DNA of 64,000 nt from contig OZ296657.1 in assembly GCA_965655095.1 (NCBI GenBank), positions 32,550,001 to 32,614,000 of the forward strand, given 5' to 3'. The number at the start of each line of letters is the position of its first letter. Position 1 is the first letter of the stretch. Both the position numbers and the translations under genes were made by a program. This document shows, in pieces, positions 58,542 through 64,000 of this stretch. Source of the stretch: Haplodiscus bocki (taxonomy: Eukaryota). The notes below the pieces were generated by a model that was given only the letters and a program-made list of their open reading frames with translations, was not told where the DNA came from and searched no databases.

Positions 58542-61500
58542 ATGCCGGTTACAATTGACATAACAATAAAAACTCTTGACGGAAATTCGCGCAAGTTTGA
58601 AAATATTTCCAATGGGTTGACTGTTAAAGAATTCAAAGAAAAAATTGCGTCAAAAGTTGGAATATCTGCAGCTCAGCAGAGACTAATAAGTGCGGGTAGG
58701 GTTCTCAACGACGAAAGTCTGCTGTCATCTTTAAATCTGGATGGCCAAACAATTCACTTAGTGGAAAGACGGCCCATCCCTAACCAGCCGCCTCCTGCAA
58801 CAGATGCCCCAACTAATCGACCGCGAGCTCCAAATCAGCGACCTCCTCGTCAAGATGTTCCACCTTGGTTTGGGGGTCCCCCAATGATGCAAACTCCTTT
58901 CAGAATGCAAATTCCTCGCAGACCTCCCGCATCTCCGTTTCAAGGACCTAGAAATGCTGGACCGCGAGTTGCTGGGACTCCTAATTTGGGTAGACCGGCT
59001 ACCAATCCATTAGATGCTGGTTCAAACCGAGTTGAACATTGTAGACGATTCATTGATAATGCGAAGCATGTGTTGTATCATTTGAAGCGACTAAAAGCAT
59101 CTATATTGGGAACAAGCTCAGAGGAGCCTGCTCAATCTACGACATCCGAAACCGAAGCATCCAATGGTCCAACAAGTTCTGAAGCTTCGACTTCCGGATC
59201 AAGTTCAGCAGTCGAAGAAAATCAGGGAGCTCCTGAAATTAATGGTGTCGAGAATACGAGACGACCTCAATCAGAAGGAAACAACAACAACCGGCAGTTG
59301 CCCCGAGCATACCCAGCCAGTGAGATTATATCTCTTCATCGGTTGGTTCGTAATTGTGAAAACGAGTTGCAGGAGTATGTTGATTTATGTGAACAACTAA
59401 TGACAAACGAATCAACTGAAATGTCTCGAGAAACTAGGAGACTTCACGAAAAACTTGTTCATGGAATAGGTGAAGCGACACATTTTTTGGCGCATGCTCA
59501 ACATTCACTGTCAGATTTGTTTACAGATTTCACTCAGCAGCCTAGATTATCTCTAGCTGTCCCTACGCCCATGGGACAACTCACGACTGCTTCAATAGGA
59601 ATTAGGAATATAGTTCCTGCTCCTCATGGTACTATCAGAATACCCGTGCCTGTAGCACCTCCTCAGTTTGTCGAGCCGTTCGTTCCTCCGCATCAAAGAC
59701 CCCCTTCGTCTGACAACAATCAGGAGTCAGAGACTGTAACTAACGCGCCCCCGAATGCCGAGAATTCCAACACGGGTCCAACTTACACAAATTCCTTTCC
59801 CCATGACGCAAATCCTTTCAACGTTCAATTTCCACCTAATGCCAGCCCTATTAATGTCCAACAATTCTCTGTTCGTGGAAACCCGGCGACCGTCATTCGC
59901 GCATCATTCCGTCCCATGGTGCCCACAACGGCAACTACAACTCGTCCTAGCACGTTGCAGGAGAATGGGAGTGTTCGAAATGACCAATCGTCTCAAAATT
60001 CAACGGGACCCACTCCTCCTGAACATCCCCAACCGACGTTGCAATCTCAACCACATCAACATGTTTTCGATGCCAGAACCAGGACAATTGGTCCTCGAGA
60101 TCCCTTCATGCCTTGTAGTTCCAGATTCTTCAATAACTTTCCAGCGAACCCAAACCAAGGACATAGAACGAATTCTACGAATCGGAATGCTGGAGACGGC
60201 ACTGAGCCTCTAATACCCAGCAACAACGATAATACCTTGACACCAAATGATAATAGCGAAACTAATGGAACGATTGATGCGAATAGAACAGACGAGGCAA
60301 ACATGGAGGAACAGGATGGTGCTGCGATGGAGCAAAGTTTGCAGGACGCTATGCATAATATGATGGGCGGAATTCCTGGAATCGCTTTTGAGGTGAATTC
60401 CAACGTTGTCCCTGTTGATCCAAGTCGACCTATAGGGGAGCAAATACAACAAATTATTAACACATCAGGTCTACCGGCTGGTCAAATGGATCCTATTGCT
60501 GGTCAGCTTGAACAAATTTTTCATACAAGTTTGCCGCTGGTTTCTGGAATGGAAGCTACCAATATTTTCTTTTCCGATGTTCAAGTCATGCAAGACTCAA
60601 TGGATCCCTCTGATGAACAGTATTCAGAAGAACATGACAGGAGTAATGAAAACAATCAAGCAATTGATCAAACGCGTGCTCCACCCGCAGCAAACCCCAT
60701 GGAAAACATTTTTGGCAGTATCATGCAAGGATTGTTTGAGCAGCAAAATAATGAAGGCAGTACATCTGGGCAAGTCCCAACTCTGTATGATATTTTTCGA
60801 GGTCATGCCGCCGTTGGTGGGCTGCTACAAGACATACAAAATAGCATCACTACTGATATCATTTCTTGTTTTTGTCGATTTCTTTCTTTGGCTAATATAT
60901 TTCCTCTTGTCAATGGTGATTCCTCATCTCTGGCTGCTTCGAGACCCAGCTTCAGAAGATTGATAGATGAAACGGTTTTGCAAGGACATGAATTTTCTGA
61001 TGAACTGTTGAGATCCCGCACTCGGCATTTGGTTGAAATTGATCAAGCTTTGGGCTCATTCAGCTCCGCTTCTACCGCAACCATTGAGAATATTAATATG
61101 CGTGAAACAATTAACAATTTCTTGACCCAAAGGCTGTATGTTCTCTTTAGTATTGGTTTAAATAGTGAAATTACCGACGCGCAGTACTGTGAGCAAGTTC
61201 GTTATTCTCTCACACATTCGCTTCACGAGTTCTTGGTCCTGGTAAATGCGGTTTTGCAACCTCCACAGGACATTGGAAACTTCATGACGGCTTCTGGAGG
61301 CCTTATGGGTGCTTTTGGCGTTCGTGGGGAAAACACAAATCAACCGGCGGGTTTTATTAACTTATTAAACAGCATGGTAGGACAACAGCTTCGAGTTTTG
61401 TCGCAAACTGCTTCTTCGCATGTTCGAGTCTCAGATGTGGAACATTTTATTGTTCGGACCCCTTCTGCTGAAAATAATGAGACATCTCAAAATGTAGCGT

Positions 61501-62042
61501 CAGAACCCATGAATACATCAGATAACACTGCAGGTGACGTTTCAAGTGAAAGCAGTCCTCTTGTACGCCCGAAAACAGTTCCGTCGACTGCGATTGCGGA
61601 TTCAATTGAATCTCTGTTGGGAGACGAGCCTCCTTTGAACCTCTTTGGTGGCGGACCCAGTGAAACATTCGCTGAATTTTTAGAACACACTCTACAACGT
61701 GATTCCGAGAAAGAAAAGCAGTTAAGTGAAGCTCAACCTTTTTTCAGTGATGCTTATCTGTTGGGTATGCCTCCAAGGCACCGACAAGCAGCAGCGACCT
61801 CGTCTGGGGCAGTTGGGTTTTCAAATTCAGTTCCCAACTTGCTTGACCGAGCTTTGTCAGCTCCTCAGTTCTCCGATATTTCACAAGAAGCTAGAGAAGA
61901 TATGCGGACTTCAGTGCAGGAAAATACCCAAATTGACAATCTGTTTGCAGATGTTCTTCGACATGATTTTCGGGAACGTGCGGAAAGAGACCCAGATTTG
62001 AGAAAGCGGCCTTCAATTAAGAAGTTTATTGATGGTTCATGA
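58542..62042 (+). CDS. BAG6: BAG6 / large proline-rich protein (BAT3, Scythe) homolog, single coding exon, 1166 aa
   Basis: N-terminal UBL (ITIKTLDG..TVKEFKEKIA..QQRLISAGRVLND..TIHLVERRP), HFLAHAQHSLSDL, DPFMPCSSR, proline-rich middle, and C-terminal FSDAYLLGMPPRHR and RERAERDPD, all BAG6-like motifs. Confidence 0.88.
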   Translation: MPVTIDITIKTLDGNSRKFENISNGLTVKEFKEKIASKVGISAAQQRLISAGRVLNDESLLSSLNLDGQTIHLVERRPIPNQPPPATDAPTNRPRAPNQRPPRQDVPPWFGGPPMMQTPFRMQIPRRPPASPFQGPRNAGPRVAGTPNLGRPATNPLDAGSNRVEHCRRFIDNAKHVLYHLKRLKASILGTSSEEPAQSTTSETEASNGPTSSEASTSGSSSAVEENQGAPEINGVENTRRPQSEGNNNNRQLPRAYPASEIISLHRLVRNCENELQEYVDLCEQLMTNESTEMSRETRRLHEKLVHGIGEATHFLAHAQHSLSDLFTDFTQQPRLSLAVPTPMGQLTTASIGIRNIVPAPHGTIRIPVPVAPPQFVEPFVPPHQRPPSSDNNQESETVTNAPPNAENSNTGPTYTNSFPHDANPFNVQFPPNASPINVQQFSVRGNPATVIRASFRPMVPTTATTTRPSTLQENGSVRNDQSSQNSTGPTPPEHPQPTLQSQPHQHVFDARTRTIGPRDPFMPCSSRFFNNFPANPNQGHRTNSTNRNAGDGTEPLIPSNNDNTLTPNDNSETNGTIDANRTDEANMEEQDGAAMEQSLQDAMHNMMGGIPGIAFEVNSNVVPVDPSRPIGEQIQQIINTSGLPAGQMDPIAGQLEQIFHTSLPLVSGMEATNIFFSDVQVMQDSMDPSDEQYSEEHDRSNENNQAIDQTRAPPAANPMENIFGSIMQGLFEQQNNEGSTSGQVPTLYDIFRGHAAVGGLLQDIQNSITTDIISCFCRFLSLANIFPLVNGDSSSLAASRPSFRRLIDETVLQGHEFSDELLRSRTRHLVEIDQALGSFSSASTATIENINMRETINNFLTQRLYVLFSIGLNSEITDAQYCEQVRYSLTHSLHEFLVLVNAVLQPPQDIGNFMTASGGLMGAFGVRGENTNQPAGFINLLNSMVGQQLRVLSQTASSHVRVSDVEHFIVRTPSAENNETSQNVASEPMNTSDNTAGDVSSESSPLVRPKTVPSTAIADSIESLLGDEPPLNLFGGGPSETFAEFLEHTLQRDSEKEKQLSEAQPFFSDAYLLGMPPRHRQAAATSSGAVGFSNSVPNLLDRALSAPQFSDISQEAREDMRTSVQENTQIDNLFADVLRHDFRERAERDPDLRKRPSIKKFIDGS

Positions 62043-63772
62043 TGATATTTCATGTAAACAAGATGTGATATGAGAATGAGTAAAGCTTGGATGGATGTGA
62101 CGGGAGCTGGTGTTGATTTTGGAATAAGATGCTATAAACGCTTTCTGATGTATAGCTAGCTACTAGAATAGAGGGCTTGAGAATTTGATATATATAAAAA
62201 ATGACCCTATTGTTATTTTTGATTCATCTCTTTGAACCAATTTTAATTGAATTTTGGAAATAAATGGTTCCCTACAGGAAACAGGTCAGCGACCTCTAAA
62301 TTGTGACAAGTAGGGATGCACCGGAGCGCTTTATTATTTTCCGCCATATTTATTATATGCAAGAAAACTTTTCTCTCGCTTCGTACGTTTTTAACGTTTA
62401 CCCGCCAATTGCACGATTCTGAATCTGAAAAATTTTATCACCAAATTATAGCAAATTTGCCGTAGAATACGAATAAAGTATTTACATTTCTTAAGAACGT
62501 ACGAAAATAGATCTTTTTGGAAAATGTTGCTGTTTGTTTTAAAAACCTTTTTTTTCGAAATTTGGAAGAGGCAAATATGCTGTAGAATGCGGAAAAAATA
62601 GTATAATTTTCTTAAAATGGTTTTTTTTCGGCAGACTTTTTGGTTTTTTTGGAAAATGAAAGTTTTCAAATTTGGGGGAAAATGTAAAAATTACTGTAGA
62701 AAGCATATGCAGAATGCAAATGAAATAGTAAAATTTCTCCAAAAAGTACAAAATTTGGTATTTTTGAAAATAATTTTGAGTTTTTCAAAATCGGAAAAGG
62801 TGGAAAATCGCCGTAGATTGTGTATAAAATAGTTTTATTTCTCAGTGTATTTCCTCCATCTTAATTGAGTTTTTTTTCAAAAAATTCCGAAAATTTTTGA
62901 TGAAGGAAAAGTTGGAATGTTTGATGAAGAAAGTATTTTTCGAAAGAAACGCTTTCATTCTTCTAAAAGTTTTTTCAAACAAAATTGAAGGACGGAAAAT
63001 ATGCCGATGGTAGTCGACCGTCTTGTTATTGTTTCCCCCCAAACCGGAACGTAATCGAATTTTGAAGGAGATGAGGCCGGAACCGAACCGGATTTAAATT
63101 GATTCTGAACCACCGTCAATTTAGGCCTAAAACAAAATCATTTTTACCAAAATAACAACATTCAGAGCTTGAATTAAACAACAGTATATTTAGAGAGACT
63201 GTCCCAAGAATTTGGAAACCTTTACGACGATGTGCGGAATTGTTTGACTCCAAAAATGAGCGAAAAGCTTCATTTATTTATTCCAAATTAAGCTTCTCTA
63301 TCTGCAGCCTCGTTTGAAAGAATAAGTTGAAAATTCCTCATTCACTTTCAGCTATCTGGCTGCTCCATAGCACAATCGGGTTGGAATTGAATTTTCGAAA
63401 TGGTGGATATCCTGCGAATCTCTACTGACTAGTATTCGCGCGAAATTTCAACGGATTCCTCTTAATTTCTTCTTTTCCCGAGTCGAAATTTTACTAGGGT
63501 ATTAAAAGTAATCGTTGTATTAGATGAGTGATTGAACTTTTTTCCAGTTATGATGCAGAGTATTTAAGGCCATAGTATTCTTTTGGGAGCTCCTGGGTGA
63601 AATTTGTATTGGTCAATGTTGGAAGTTCAATGAGGATTTTAGTTTTTTGTAAAGAAGTTCATGTTTTGTTTTAATGGTGAACATTTTTTATTTCCATACT
63701 ATTTTTGTACATCAAGAATGATGCTGAAGAACTTTTGGAACTTGTAAGAAAGCAGTATTTTAGAAACTCGTT

Positions 63773-64000
63773 GACTAGCCGATAAAAGTAACCGCCAGTC
63801 CACTTTAGTGAGAGCCATTTTTCAAATTCAAATTTCCTAGACAATTTAACACTAGAAGAATTCGTACAAAAAAAAACATTTTAAGAAATTGAAGTACTTA
63901 TTTGGTGCTTTTGTTTGAATATCAGGCCATTATTTAAGAAGTTATGACACCCTAATTTTTATATGCATTTGATTACCATCTTTCAAATTGTCATCAAAAA
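63773..64000 (+). mobile_element. Second, diverged copy of the 57.1-kb MITE family, truncated by the window end
   Basis: ACTAGCCGATAAAAGTAACCG TIR, followed by internal similarity to 57093-57300 (TTGAAGTA..TTGGTGCTTTT..AAGTTATG..CCTAATTT..ATGCA). Confidence 0.7.

Noticed and set aside
58758-62053. Overlapping short ORFs within BAG6
   Set aside because: Alternative-frame and antisense by-products of a long coding exon; no recognisable motifs.
62310-63110. Possible non-autonomous DNA transposon starting TAGGGATGCACCGG and containing CCGGAACCG motifs
   Set aside because: No matching second terminus or TSD could be identified.

Overview
AT-rich, repeat-laden eukaryotic (invertebrate metazoan-type) genomic DNA; no prokaryotic features. 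Three host genes lie on the + strand. The first is the last coding exon of a class A GPCR (~5.25-5.92 kb). The second is a five-exon HDAC8-like deacetylase (29640-58375), whose 24.7-kb second intron is full of mobile DNA. The third is an intronless BAG6 (58542-62042) starting only ~170 bp after the HDAC8 stop. The large HDAC8 intron holds: orphan ORFs; a ~9.6-kb array of eight ~1188-bp units, each with a 193-aa ORF and a dead Maverick/Polinton-type integrase; a 27-bp minisatellite; a strongly diverged but almost open ribosomal protein uS5 (RPS2) copy; and several CR1/L2-type LINE remnants, one near full length with an esterase-like ORF1 and a 2A-like DIETNPGP motif. Elsewhere are piggyBac, Penelope and LINE fossils, a TA-flanked MITE, tRNA-derived SINE heads and an old ~172-bp tandem repeat. 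The strongest leads are the divergent uS5 next to virus-like DNA, the Maverick-derived macrosatellite and the operon-like HDAC8-BAG6 junction. All family assignments come from motif recognition by eye; no database searches were run.
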